Assembly (NCBI GenBank): GCA_945870555.1
Contig: CAMBSI010000003.1
Span: 1 to 56,174 of the forward strand
Origin: Staphylococcus epidermidis
GTDB taxonomy: Bacteria; Bacillota_I; Bacilli_A; RFN20; CAG-826
DNA: 56,174 nt
Direction of reading: 5' to 3'
Shown: piece by piece, positions 39,828-48,717 of the stretch
Numbering within the stretch: the stretch's first letter is position 1
Layout: every line of letters starts with the position of its first letter
Position numbers and translations under genes: made by a program
The notes under the pieces: generated by a model
Database searches by the model: none
The model's input: only the letters and a program-made list of their open reading frames with translations
Told to the model about the DNA's origin: nothing

Positions 39828-41340
39828 AGGTAAACCAACACCTGTGGCAAAAAAGAATGTAAAAGCCAAACCACTTGCTGGAAAAAAAGTGATACCAAGT
39901 AAAGGTAAACCAATTTCAGCATTACCTAAAAAAACCACGATCAAATCTAAGGGTAAAGCAACCAAGGTTGTCTTACCAGTGAAGGCCGTCACCGCGAAAG
40001 CAAATGCCAGTAAAGCGGCAGTGCTTAGCAAACCTTCAAAAACCAATGAAAAGGTAATGAAACCAACCCCCTCGCTTCCAGTTAAACCAGGAAAAGGCAA
40101 TAAAACTTCATTAAATGTTGGCGAGCAAAAGTTACTCGCACGCGTGTCTAAAAAGGCAATGAAGGATGACGAAGATGAAATCGAATCCCTTGATCAAATC
40201 AAAAAGCGCTTTGAGAAAAAAGCTCAACAAGAAGGTTTTATCATTCAAGATGAATTATTTGATGCAATTGAACATCTTGAATTAACTGATCAAGATTCAG
40301 AAAATCTTCTCCTCTATTTTAAGAATAAAAAGATTGATATCAAAATTGAAGACGAAGACTTAGAAGATGGAGAAGTCGATGAAGAAGAATTAAAAAAAGG
40401 GGCCGTCGCAGCTGATGAACCTTTTGAAACCGAATATGAACCTGATGTTTCCGAAGATGAAGTGGATGTGAATAAAGTCGATGTGTTTGCGAATTCGGAA
40501 GTCAAAGTCAATGACTCCGTTAAAATGTATCTTAAAGAAATTGGTAAAGTCGATCTCTTAAAACCGGATGAAGAAGTCGCCATTGCAAAAGCGATTATTG
40601 CCGGTGATATGGAAGCGAAAAATAAACTGATCAACGCTAACTTACGGCTGGTGGTCAACCTTGCCAAGCATTATGTTGGTCGTGGGATGCTTTTCCTTGA
40701 TTTGATTCAAGAAGGAAACATGGGATTAATTAAGGCAGTTGAAAAGTTTGATTATACCAAGGGCTTCAAGTTTTCAACTTATGCAACCTGGTGGATTCGC
40801 CAAGCCATCACGCGAGCGATCGCCGACCAAGCAAGAACGATTCGGATTCCCGTTCATATGGTGGAAACGATTAATAAAATGACCCGTGTTCAACGTCAAT
40901 TGGTCCAAGAACTTGGTCGTGAACCGACCGCGGAAGAAATCAGTGTTAAACTCGAAGGATTAATGTCTCCTGAACGGATTAGAGAAATTCAACGCATTGC
41001 CTTAGAACCGGTGTCGTTAGAAACCCCAATCGGTGAAGAAGATGACTCCCATTTGGGTGACTTTATTGAAGATAAAGAAGCAACCTCACCATCAGATCAC
41101 ACGACTCAAGTTTTACTCAAAGAAGAACTTTACAAGATCATGCAAGACCTCACTGACCGCGAAGAAAGAGTGTTAAGGTTGCGCTACGGTCTAGATGATA
41201 ATCGCCCTCGTACATTAGAAGAAGTCGGTCATGAATTTGGGGTTACCCGTGAACGTATTCGCCAAATCGAAGCCAAAGCAATTCGTAAATTACGCCACCC
41301 AACCCGAGCAAAACGTCTTGGCGATTACCGCGATTCTTAA
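39784..41340 (+). CDS. rpoD: RNA polymerase primary sigma factor with long basic N-terminal extension
   Basis: [57 protein letters not shown]. Confidence 0.99.
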   Translation: MTMKTTKKKTKIMPKGKPTPVAKKNVKAKPLAGKKVIPSKGKPISALPKKTTIKSKGKATKVVLPVKAVTAKANASKAAVLSKPSKTNEKVMKPTPSLPVKPGKGNKTSLNVGEQKLLARVSKKAMKDDEDEIESLDQIKKRFEKKAQQEGFIIQDELFDAIEHLELTDQDSENLLLYFKNKKIDIKIEDEDLEDGEVDEEELKKGAVAADEPFETEYEPDVSEDEVDVNKVDVFANSEVKVNDSVKMYLKEIGKVDLLKPDEEVAIAKAIIAGDMEAKNKLINANLRLVVNLAKHYVGRGMLFLDLIQEGNMGLIKAVEKFDYTKGFKFSTYATWWIRQAITRAIADQARTIRIPVHMVETINKMTRVQRQLVQELGREPTAEEISVKLEGLMSPERIREIQRIALEPVSLETPIGEEDDSHLGDFIEDKEATSPSDHTTQVLLKEELYKIMQDLTDREERVLRLRYGLDDNRPRTLEEVGHEFGVTRERIRQIEAKAIRKLRHPTRAKRLGDYRDS

Positions 41341-41342
41341 TC

Positions 41343-41981
41343 ATGGTTTCTCGTCGCATTGAAACCATTGCTTCCTTATGTCCATTCACCGGACCTTTGA
41401 TTGACATTGGTTCTGATCATGGGCAATTATTGCAAGTCCTCATTCAAAAAGGATTTGCTTTTCCTTTACATGCAACGGAATTATCGGAAGCAAGTTTTAA
41501 AGGATTACGCCATGCACTACAAGACCTAAATGTCCACGTTTATCAGGCCAATGGATTAACCCATTTATCTCCATCGATTGAAACGGTGGTCATCACCGGC
41601 ATGGGTGGCAATTTAATCCAGGAAATTCTCGACGGCGGTAAAAGCAAGTTAGCAAAGGTCAACACCATCATCTTGGGTCCACAACGAGATCCCTACATTG
41701 TTCGCACATGGCTGCAACGAAATCAATGGAACATTACGCATGAAACCTTTGTGTATGAGGATGAAAAAGGTTATCCATTTATCATTGCTAAAAAAGGTAA
41801 CATGACCCTAACTGAGATGGAAGCATGGTATGGACCATGGTTAATTCGCAAGCAAGAACCTGAGTTTTTGACGTGGTTAAGATTGGAAGCAAAACAATTA
41901 ACAGCCGATTTAAAATTACACAAGCATGATGTTAAGCAACTGCGCTTAGAATGGATTCAACAATATGTTAAAAACCGCTAA
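41343..41981 (+). CDS. trmK: tRNA m1A22 methyltransferase
   Basis: DIGSDHG, ITGMGG, ILGP; rpoD-trmK-nif3 synteny. Confidence 0.92.
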   Translation: MVSRRIETIASLCPFTGPLIDIGSDHGQLLQVLIQKGFAFPLHATELSEASFKGLRHALQDLNVHVYQANGLTHLSPSIETVVITGMGGNLIQEILDGGKSKLAKVNTIILGPQRDPYIVRTWLQRNQWNITHETFVYEDEKGYPFIIAKKGNMTLTEMEAWYGPWLIRKQEPEFLTWLRLEAKQLTADLKLHKHDVKQLRLEWIQQYVKNR

Positions 41982-42735
41982 ATTACTGCGAGCTTTTGGT
42001 GAAGATTTTCCAAAACGTTTAGCGAAACCATATGGTGACTTTGTCGGATTAATGACCGGTAAATTACCGAAGGAATTATCCACCATTGCCATTGTTCTCG
42101 ACATGGAACCAATCCTATTGGAGCCGATGATCAAAGAAAAACCAGATCTTATTCTGACCCACCACCCATTTATTTATGGTTCAAAAAAGACGGTGCTTAA
42201 AAACGATTTAGCGAAACGGCAAATGGTGAAGATGCTCGATGCGCATCACATTCCGGTTTATAGCTTACACACCAACTTTGATGCAGGTCGAGGCGGCATG
42301 AACGATGCCTTGGCGAATGCGTTAGGTTTAATCGAGATTGTCCCCCTTCAAGGCGATCCGCTTGCTCGCGGTGGTCGATTACCCAAACCGATGAAAAGAG
42401 AAATGTTTGCATCCTTGGTCAAAAAACAATTAGGTTTACCTTATCTTTGGATGATTCCTTCCGGTAAATCCGTCATCGAAAAAGTAGCACTCATTGGTGG
42501 GGGTGGCGCGAAGTACTATCCAACGGCACAAGCAGAAGGTTATGACATTTTTCTATCGGGTGATAGTGCCCATGATGTTCGCCGTGGCATTGTCAATGCT
42601 GCATTCAATTATTTAGAAATTCCCCATGAGGTTGAAACCATCTTTATCCCGACGATGGCAAGTTATTTAAAAAAGCTTGATGCAGATTTAAATTTAGTAA
42701 CCCGCTTTGTTCAAGCATTTCCAACCTTAGTTTGA
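41965..42735 (+). CDS. Nif3-like dinuclear metal protein (YqfO/YbgI family)
   Basis: LTHHP, LHTNFD, GGMNDAL, GD..HD, HEVE. Confidence 0.93.
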   Translation: MLKTAKLLRAFGEDFPKRLAKPYGDFVGLMTGKLPKELSTIAIVLDMEPILLEPMIKEKPDLILTHHPFIYGSKKTVLKNDLAKRQMVKMLDAHHIPVYSLHTNFDAGRGGMNDALANALGLIEIVPLQGDPLARGGRLPKPMKREMFASLVKKQLGLPYLWMIPSGKSVIEKVALIGGGGAKYYPTAQAEGYDIFLSGDSAHDVRRGIVNAAFNYLEIPHEVETIFIPTMASYLKKLDADLNLVTRFVQAFPTLV

Positions 42736-42747
42736 TACACTTACCCT

Positions 42748-44088
42748 ATGAATCAAGGATTACCATTTTCTAGTTATGCGTTGAGTCAACAACTACTCAA
42801 AACCTTAAATACATTAGGTTATTTGAACACCACACCCGTTCAAGCTGCCACGCTACCACGGGCAATGCAAGGTGACTCTTTAATCGTTCGTTATCAAACT
42901 GGGAGTGGAAAAACCCATGCGTTTTTAATCCCAATTTTTGCCCGATTGAAACCGCATGCTGGGCTACAAACGATTGTGGTTTCACCAACGCGAGAATTAG
43001 CGATGCAAACTTTTTTATTTGCCAAAGCCATCAACGATGGTTTAGGTAATCCTTTCAAAATGGTGGTTTTACAAGGTGGATTTGATAAACAACGCGATGG
43101 AGAAAAACTCTCAGTTGAACCAGATGTGTTATTCATTACACCCGGACGGATGATGGAAATTGACAGTCTCATCAAGAAGGATTCATTAGCAAAAGTAAAA
43201 TTGATTGTCTTGGACGAAGCAGATATGTTAATGGATGGGAGTTTTATTGACACCACCTTAGAGGTTTTAGCATTGTTGAAAGACCCACAAATTTTGGTTT
43301 TTTCTGCATCAATGGCTGCGCCATTATTAAATCGATTATCAAAATATTTTCGACCTGACAGTGTCGTTGAACCAAAAGAAAAAACCATCAATCCTCTTGG
43401 CGTTAAACATGCATTAATTGACATCAAACATCAAGATCCTATTCAAGCAATTATTGATTTTATATCGGTTACAAAACCTTATTTTCTTTTAATCTTTGCT
43501 TCAAGAGTCCAACGTGTTATCTCGCTTGCGACTGCATTGGAAAGTCGCCAAATGAAAGTAGCAAGTTTACATGGAGAATTACAAGCCCGTGAACGCCGGC
43601 ATTTGTTAAAGCGCATTCAAGATGGTGAATTCCAAGTGGTGGTTGCTTCCGATATTGCCAGTCGTGGCATGGATCTACCGCATGTATCAGATATCTTGAG
43701 CGTTGATCTTCCTCAGGATCTTGATTATTATTTCCACCGAGCCGGGCGTGCTGGACGTTTTAAAGATCAAGGTCAATCCTATGTTTTATACAATAGCCAT
43801 GAAGAAGATAGTCTCAACCGTTTGAAGCAACGCGGCGTTCAGTTTCAACTTTTATCTTTAAAAAACAAACAACTTTTACCAATTAAAAATTTAACCCGCG
43901 GACAAATCTTTAAAAAGGAAGATGAATCCCTAACTCGTGATATTAAGATTGCGATTCAAAAATACCGATCGACGGAAGTTAAACCTGGGTATAAAAAGAA
44001 AGTCAAACTCGCCGTAGAAAAAGTCAAGAAACTATATAAGCGAAAAGCCATCAAGCGGAAAATTCGTGATCGCTTATTTGGAGGTTAA
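42748..44088 (+). CDS. cshB: DEAD-box RNA helicase (CshB-like)
   Basis: TPVQ, TGSGKT, PTRELA, DEAD, SAS, SRGMD, HRAGRAGR; directly upstream of nfo. Confidence 0.88.
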   Translation: MNQGLPFSSYALSQQLLKTLNTLGYLNTTPVQAATLPRAMQGDSLIVRYQTGSGKTHAFLIPIFARLKPHAGLQTIVVSPTRELAMQTFLFAKAINDGLGNPFKMVVLQGGFDKQRDGEKLSVEPDVLFITPGRMMEIDSLIKKDSLAKVKLIVLDEADMLMDGSFIDTTLEVLALLKDPQILVFSASMAAPLLNRLSKYFRPDSVVEPKEKTINPLGVKHALIDIKHQDPIQAIIDFISVTKPYFLLIFASRVQRVISLATALESRQMKVASLHGELQARERRHLLKRIQDGEFQVVVASDIASRGMDLPHVSDILSVDLPQDLDYYFHRAGRAGRFKDQGQSYVLYNSHEEDSLNRLKQRGVQFQLLSLKNKQLLPIKNLTRGQIFKKEDESLTRDIKIAIQKYRSTEVKPGYKKKVKLAVEKVKKLYKRKAIKRKIRDRLFGG

Positions 44089-44091
44089 GTC

Positions 44092-44973
44092 ATGCCTTTA
44101 TATGTAGGAAGTCATGTTGATTTGGTTGCCCCAGATTATTTAGTTCATGCCGTAGAAACCTCCATTCAACAAGGTGCAAATACGATGATGATTTATACGG
44201 GTGCACCACAAAATTCATTAAGAAAACCAACCGAAATCATGCGCATCGAATCAGCGCACGCATTGATGAAAGCAAATGGCATGCCCCTTGATAAAGTGGT
44301 TGTTCATGCCCCATATATTATCAATTTAGGAAATACAATCAATCCAGAAACTGCCACAATCGGTGTCACGTTTTTGATTCGAGAACTCGCACGCGTTCAT
44401 GCGATGGGTTTTTCCATGCTCGTCCTTCATCCTGGTGCCCACGTTGGCGCGGGTTCAAAGGTTGCTTTAGATGGTATTGTAGAACGATTAAATCAAGTCT
44501 TTGAAGAAGAAAAGTCTCCCGTTAAAATCGCTTTAGAAACGATGGCAGGTAAAGGATCAGAAGTTGGGACGACCTTTGAAGAGCTTGCGTATATCATGAA
44601 ACATTGTCGTCATCCAGAACGCTTAGGCGTTTGCCTTGATACGTGTCACCTTTCCGATGCCGGTTATGACGTGCATGATGTAGAAGGTGTCCTTGGTACA
44701 TTTGATCGCGTGATTGGCCTTAAGAAATTGTTGGTCCTCCACATCAACGACTCAAAGAATCCTCGTGGGGCCAAAAAGGATCGCCATGAAAACCTTGGTT
44801 ATGGAACGATCGGTTTTGAAACCCTTCATCGGTATGTTCATCATCCTCGCTTGAAGGACATTCCAAAGATTTTGGAAACCCCATGGATTGAGGAAAAGAC
44901 ACCCTATGCGATGGAAATCAAAATGTTAAAAGAAGGTCGATTCATAAAAGATTGGCGTGAGCAATTGAAGTAA
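44092..44973 (+). CDS. nfo: Endonuclease IV
   Basis: HAPYIINLG, HPGAH, LETMAGKG, CLDTCH, HINDSK, DRHEN, ILETP. Confidence 0.97.
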   Translation: MPLYVGSHVDLVAPDYLVHAVETSIQQGANTMMIYTGAPQNSLRKPTEIMRIESAHALMKANGMPLDKVVVHAPYIINLGNTINPETATIGVTFLIRELARVHAMGFSMLVLHPGAHVGAGSKVALDGIVERLNQVFEEEKSPVKIALETMAGKGSEVGTTFEELAYIMKHCRHPERLGVCLDTCHLSDAGYDVHDVEGVLGTFDRVIGLKKLLVLHINDSKNPRGAKKDRHENLGYGTIGFETLHRYVHHPRLKDIPKILETPWIEEKTPYAMEIKMLKEGRFIKDWREQLK

Positions 44974-45036
44974 AACCTCATAGATTAATCAAGGAAGGTA
45001 TGCTATGCTAATTTACGTGCGTTGGAGGATACCAGC

Positions 45037-45186
45037 ATGAGAGAAAGTTTTATGTTAAAGTGCACCGTTTGTGGTGAAGAAAACTATTTAGCAAGCAAAA
45101 ATCGCAGAACAAAACCTGAAAAGATGGAAATCAATAAGTTTTGCAGTCGTTGCAACAAATCAAGCGTTCATAAAGAACGTAAGTAA
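45037..45186 (+). CDS. rpmG: 50S ribosomal protein L33 (Zn-binding form); absent from the ORF track
   Basis: Manual translation MRESFMLKCTVCGEENYLASKNRRTKPEKMEINKFCSRCNKSSVHKERK*; GGAGG SD. Confidence 0.96.
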   Translation: MRESFMLKCTVCGEENYLASKNRRTKPEKMEINKFCSRCNKSSVHKERK

Positions 45187-45218
45187 GACTCACATAAAAG
45201 ATTAGGAGGACCGAATTC

Positions 45219-45776
45219 ATGGTCAATGCAACCGAATTAAGGCCAGGTAACCACTTTGCATTTGAAAAAAACATTTATACGGTGATTGATGTTGGTTTGA
45301 ATAAGACCGCGATGCGTAAAATGGTGGTCAAAGCCAAAGTAAAAAATTTAAGAACTGGTTCGATCACAGAAATGTCATTTTTAGGTGGCACAGATGTTGA
45401 AAAAATCACCTTAGATAAGCGAAGAATGACTTATTTATACGAATCCAATGGTAGCTTGGTTTTTATGGACAAAATTACCTTTGATCAATTAGAAATTACC
45501 AGAGAAAAGTTATCATGGGAAGTTAATTTCTTAGTGACCGAACAAGAAATTGAAATTCTCTTTTATGAAACTGAAATCTTAGGGGTTTCATTACCGGCTA
45601 AAGTTGCCCTCAAAGTCAGTGAATGTGAACCAGCTGTCAAAGGCGACACCATCAATAAAGCAATGAAAGAAGCAACCTTAGAAACGGGCTTTAAATTACG
45701 CGTCCCACTTTTCATCTCCGAAGGCGAAACAATTAGTATTCGCACCGAAGATGGCAGTTATGATGGTCGCGCATAA
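45219..45776 (+). CDS. efp: Elongation factor P with atypical tip loop
   Basis: ELRPG, KNLRTG, YLY, FMD, AVKGDT, KEATLETG, VPLFISEGE, IRTEDGSYDGRA. Confidence 0.95.
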   Translation: MVNATELRPGNHFAFEKNIYTVIDVGLNKTAMRKMVVKAKVKNLRTGSITEMSFLGGTDVEKITLDKRRMTYLYESNGSLVFMDKITFDQLEITREKLSWEVNFLVTEQEIEILFYETEILGVSLPAKVALKVSECEPAVKGDTINKAMKEATLETGFKLRVPLFISEGETISIRTEDGSYDGRA

Positions 45777-45794
45777 ATTATAAAGGAGAAAATT

Positions 45795-46013
45795 ATGGCA
45801 GATATTTGGCAAACCTTATTGTATCTTGTGATTGGTTTAATTGGCGGTCTCGTCGGTGGATTTTTCTTATCACGTTGGTATTTTAAACGTGAATTAACAA
45901 AGAATCCTCCTATCAATGAAAAAATGATTCGGGCCATGTTCATGCAAATGGGCCGCAAACCAAATGAAGCGCAAGTTCGCGCAGTCATCAATAGCATGAA
46001 TGCTCAAAAATAA
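45795..46013 (+). CDS. yneF: YneF-family small membrane protein
   Basis: GGFFLSR..NPPINEKMIRAMFMQMGRKP. Confidence 0.93.
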   Translation: MADIWQTLLYLVIGLIGGLVGGFFLSRWYFKRELTKNPPINEKMIRAMFMQMGRKPNEAQVRAVINSMNAQK

Positions 46014-46015
46014 CG

Positions 46016-46705
46016 TTAAACTTTTGCTTTTTTCTTAAAATTTAGTTCTTGTCCAGTGAGTAATCGCTGGATATTTTTTTTATGGCGATAAACCAGGATG
46101 AACCAAAGTAGGAGGGTGGTGAGGCTATATAGCCATCCCGATGTTGCCCCATTCCACATGCCGATTGTTTGCCATTCAGGTATCCAAAGTAAAAAGGTAA
46201 GTAGGACAGCAAAGAAGAAACCAATGATGGATCCAATGGAGACAATTTTTGAAAACTTAATGATCGTTAACATGACGGTGATACCGATGAGGGCAATGAT
46301 CCAATTCGTCATTAAGACAAAGGAACCCGCGGAGGAAACCGCCTTACCACCTTTGAACTGTGCAAAAATCGGGTAACTATGACCAAGACTTGTCCCCATA
46401 CCGGTAAGCATTAAACTCAATTGACCGAGAAATGCATCCGATCCTCCTAGCATGGTCCATTCAAAGATAAAGGTACTTGCGATGAGAACAGGGAGGGTAC
46501 TTTTCAGTAAATCCATCATAAACACAAGCGCAGCAGCGGGTTTACCAAAATTTCTTAAGACGTTGGTCATCCCACTTCCACCAGATCCTAAGGTTCTGAC
46601 ATCTTTCTTAAAAAATAGTTGACCAACCCATACCCCAGAAGGGATAGACGCTAGCAGGTAACCAATCACCATCGGCACGAGAGAAAGGAAGAAGTTTGGG
46701 TTCAT
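46016..46705 (-). CDS. plsY: Glycerol-3-phosphate acyltransferase
   Basis: GYLLASIP, GSGGSGMTN..R, DLLK, GHSYPIF..FKGGKAV, HKKNIQRL..G.E. Confidence 0.96.
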   Translation of the reverse strand: MNPNFFLSLVPMVIGYLLASIPSGVWVGQLFFKKDVRTLGSGGSGMTNVLRNFGKPAAALVFMMDLLKSTLPVLIASTFIFEWTMLGGSDAFLGQLSLMLTGMGTSLGHSYPIFAQFKGGKAVSSAGSFVLMTNWIIALIGITVMLTIIKFSKIVSIGSIIGFFFAVLLTFLLWIPEWQTIGMWNGATSGWLYSLTTLLLWFILVYRHKKNIQRLLTGQELNFKKKAKV

Positions 46706-46708
46706 AAA

Positions 46709-46738
46709 TTTACGCTTTCCATTGAGATTTGCTATAAT
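46709..46738 (+). promoter_or_regulatory. Promoter for parE-parC
   Basis: TTTACG-18 nt-TATAAT with TGn extension. Confidence 0.65.
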
Positions 46739-46761
46739 GCTTTAAGTAAATCATAACAAAA

Positions 46762-48717
46762 ATGGCAAAAAATCAAAACCTAAATACATATAACGAAGAT
46801 AGCATAGATGTCCTTGAAGGATTGGATGGGGTTAGAAAACGTCCAGCCATGTATATTGGGTCGACCAATAGTACAGGTTTACATCACCTTGTCTGGGAAA
46901 TTTTAGATAACGCGATCGATGAAGCCCTCTCTGGGTTTGGCGATACGATTTATCTCACTATCCATAGCGATGGATCATTAACCGTGAAAGACGGGGGTCG
47001 AGGCATTCCAGTCGGGATTCAAAAACAAACTGGAAGACCGGCAATTGAAATCATTTTTATGACGTTACATAGTGGTGGTAAATTCTCTGACAAAAACTAT
47101 GTCTCCAGCGCTGGTTTACACGGGGTCGGGGCATCAGTAACGAATGCATTATCCGAGTATGTGGATGTCACGGTTAATCGTGAAGGTTTTACCTTTCATA
47201 TTCGTTTTGAAAATGGCGGTAAAAAAGTCGGCAAATTAGAAAAACTTGGTAAATCCACCAAAACCGGGACAACCGTTCGCTTTAAACCGGATGCTAAGGT
47301 TTTTAGTACCACAGACTTTAAATGGGAAACGATCATTGCTCACTTGCAAGAATCCGCCTTCTTAATGAAAAAAGTACGATTCATCGCCAAAGATGAACGT
47401 ACCAATATGGAAGCAGAATATTACTATGAAGACGGCTTGAAAGAGTACATTTCCACGTTAAATGAAACCAAGGAAAAGATGCATCAAGTTCTCGTTTTTG
47501 AAGATTTAGCGAGTGAAATCAAGATTGAAATTGCCATGCAATATTGCTTACAAGACTATAACGAAAACATTTATTCCTATGTGAACAATATTCGCACCAA
47601 AGATGGTGGAACGCATGAAAACGGATTCCGGGCTGGTCTGACGCGTGCAGTCAATGAATATGCTGAAACAAACGGATTGTTAAGAAATAAAGTCAAGCTA
47701 GAAGGAACCGATATTCGCGAAGGTTTAACCGCCATTATCTCCTTAAAGATTCCGGAAGGAAAACTTGAGTTTGAAGGTCAAACCAAAGGTAAGTTAGGGA
47801 CCCCTGACGCCTTGGCATCCGTTCAAAACATGATTCTCTCTAAATTAACGTATCATCTGGTTGAAAATAAAGATTTTGCAACCAATCTCATTAAAAAATG
47901 TGTGGATTCTCAAGCCGCAAGAATGGCTGCCCGCAAAGCAAAAGATGAAGCGCGCGGCAACAAAAAATTTAGATCCGACACCTTGCTATCCGATAAACTG
48001 ACGCCAGCGCAAAGTAAAGATTATCCTTTAAATGAATTATTTATTGTTGAAGGTGATTCCGCTGGTGGCACCGCTAAAAATGGTCGTGACCGTTTACATC
48101 AAGCCATCTTACCACTTCGAGGTAAACCTTTAAATACGGATAGCTTAACGATGGAACAAATGCTCAAAAATACAGAGTTTGCGACCTTGATTGCCACGAT
48201 TGGGGCAGGTGTAGGACCCGGGTTTGATCTTCAAGATGCAAAATATGGAAAAATTATCATTATGACCGACGCAGATACGGACGGTGCTCATATTCAAACG
48301 CTTTTATTGACGTTCTTTTATCACCACATGCGACCTTTGATTCAAGCAGGAAAAGTCTATATTGCCATCCCCCCACTTTATCGGATCATGAACGAACAAA
48401 AGCCGAATCAGTTCGCGTATGCTTGGACAGATGAAGAACTCGAAAAATCAAAAAAAATTGTTGGCTCACCATTCCGGATTTCGCGTTATAAAGGTTTAGG
48501 GGAAATGAATGCTTCTCAATTAAAAGAAACCACGATGGATCCATCCTCAAGAACCTTAATCCGTGTCAATATCGAAGATCCACTCATTGTCGAACGTCGT
48601 GTTGGTATTCTCATGGGTAAAGATCCGTCGATGCGAAGAAAATGGGTAGAAGAAAATATTGATTTTACCATTCGTGAAGTAGCAGGAAAGGTCGCTCCAG
48701 ATGCCAAAAAAACCTAA
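46762..48717 (+). CDS. parE: DNA topoisomerase IV subunit B
   Basis: VRKRPAMYIG, LHSGGKF, GLHGVG, EGDSAGG, DADTDG, YKGLGEM; plsY/parE-parC synteny favours parE over gyrB. Confidence 0.9.
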   Translation: MAKNQNLNTYNEDSIDVLEGLDGVRKRPAMYIGSTNSTGLHHLVWEILDNAIDEALSGFGDTIYLTIHSDGSLTVKDGGRGIPVGIQKQTGRPAIEIIFMTLHSGGKFSDKNYVSSAGLHGVGASVTNALSEYVDVTVNREGFTFHIRFENGGKKVGKLEKLGKSTKTGTTVRFKPDAKVFSTTDFKWETIIAHLQESAFLMKKVRFIAKDERTNMEAEYYYEDGLKEYISTLNETKEKMHQVLVFEDLASEIKIEIAMQYCLQDYNENIYSYVNNIRTKDGGTHENGFRAGLTRAVNEYAETNGLLRNKVKLEGTDIREGLTAIISLKIPEGKLEFEGQTKGKLGTPDALASVQNMILSKLTYHLVENKDFATNLIKKCVDSQAARMAARKAKDEARGNKKFRSDTLLSDKLTPAQSKDYPLNELFIVEGDSAGGTAKNGRDRLHQAILPLRGKPLNTDSLTMEQMLKNTEFATLIATIGAGVGPGFDLQDAKYGKIIIMTDADTDGAHIQTLLLTFFYHHMRPLIQAGKVYIAIPPLYRIMNEQKPNQFAYAWTDEELEKSKKIVGSPFRISRYKGLGEMNASQLKETTMDPSSRTLIRVNIEDPLIVERRVGILMGKDPSMRRKWVEENIDFTIREVAGKVAPDAKKT

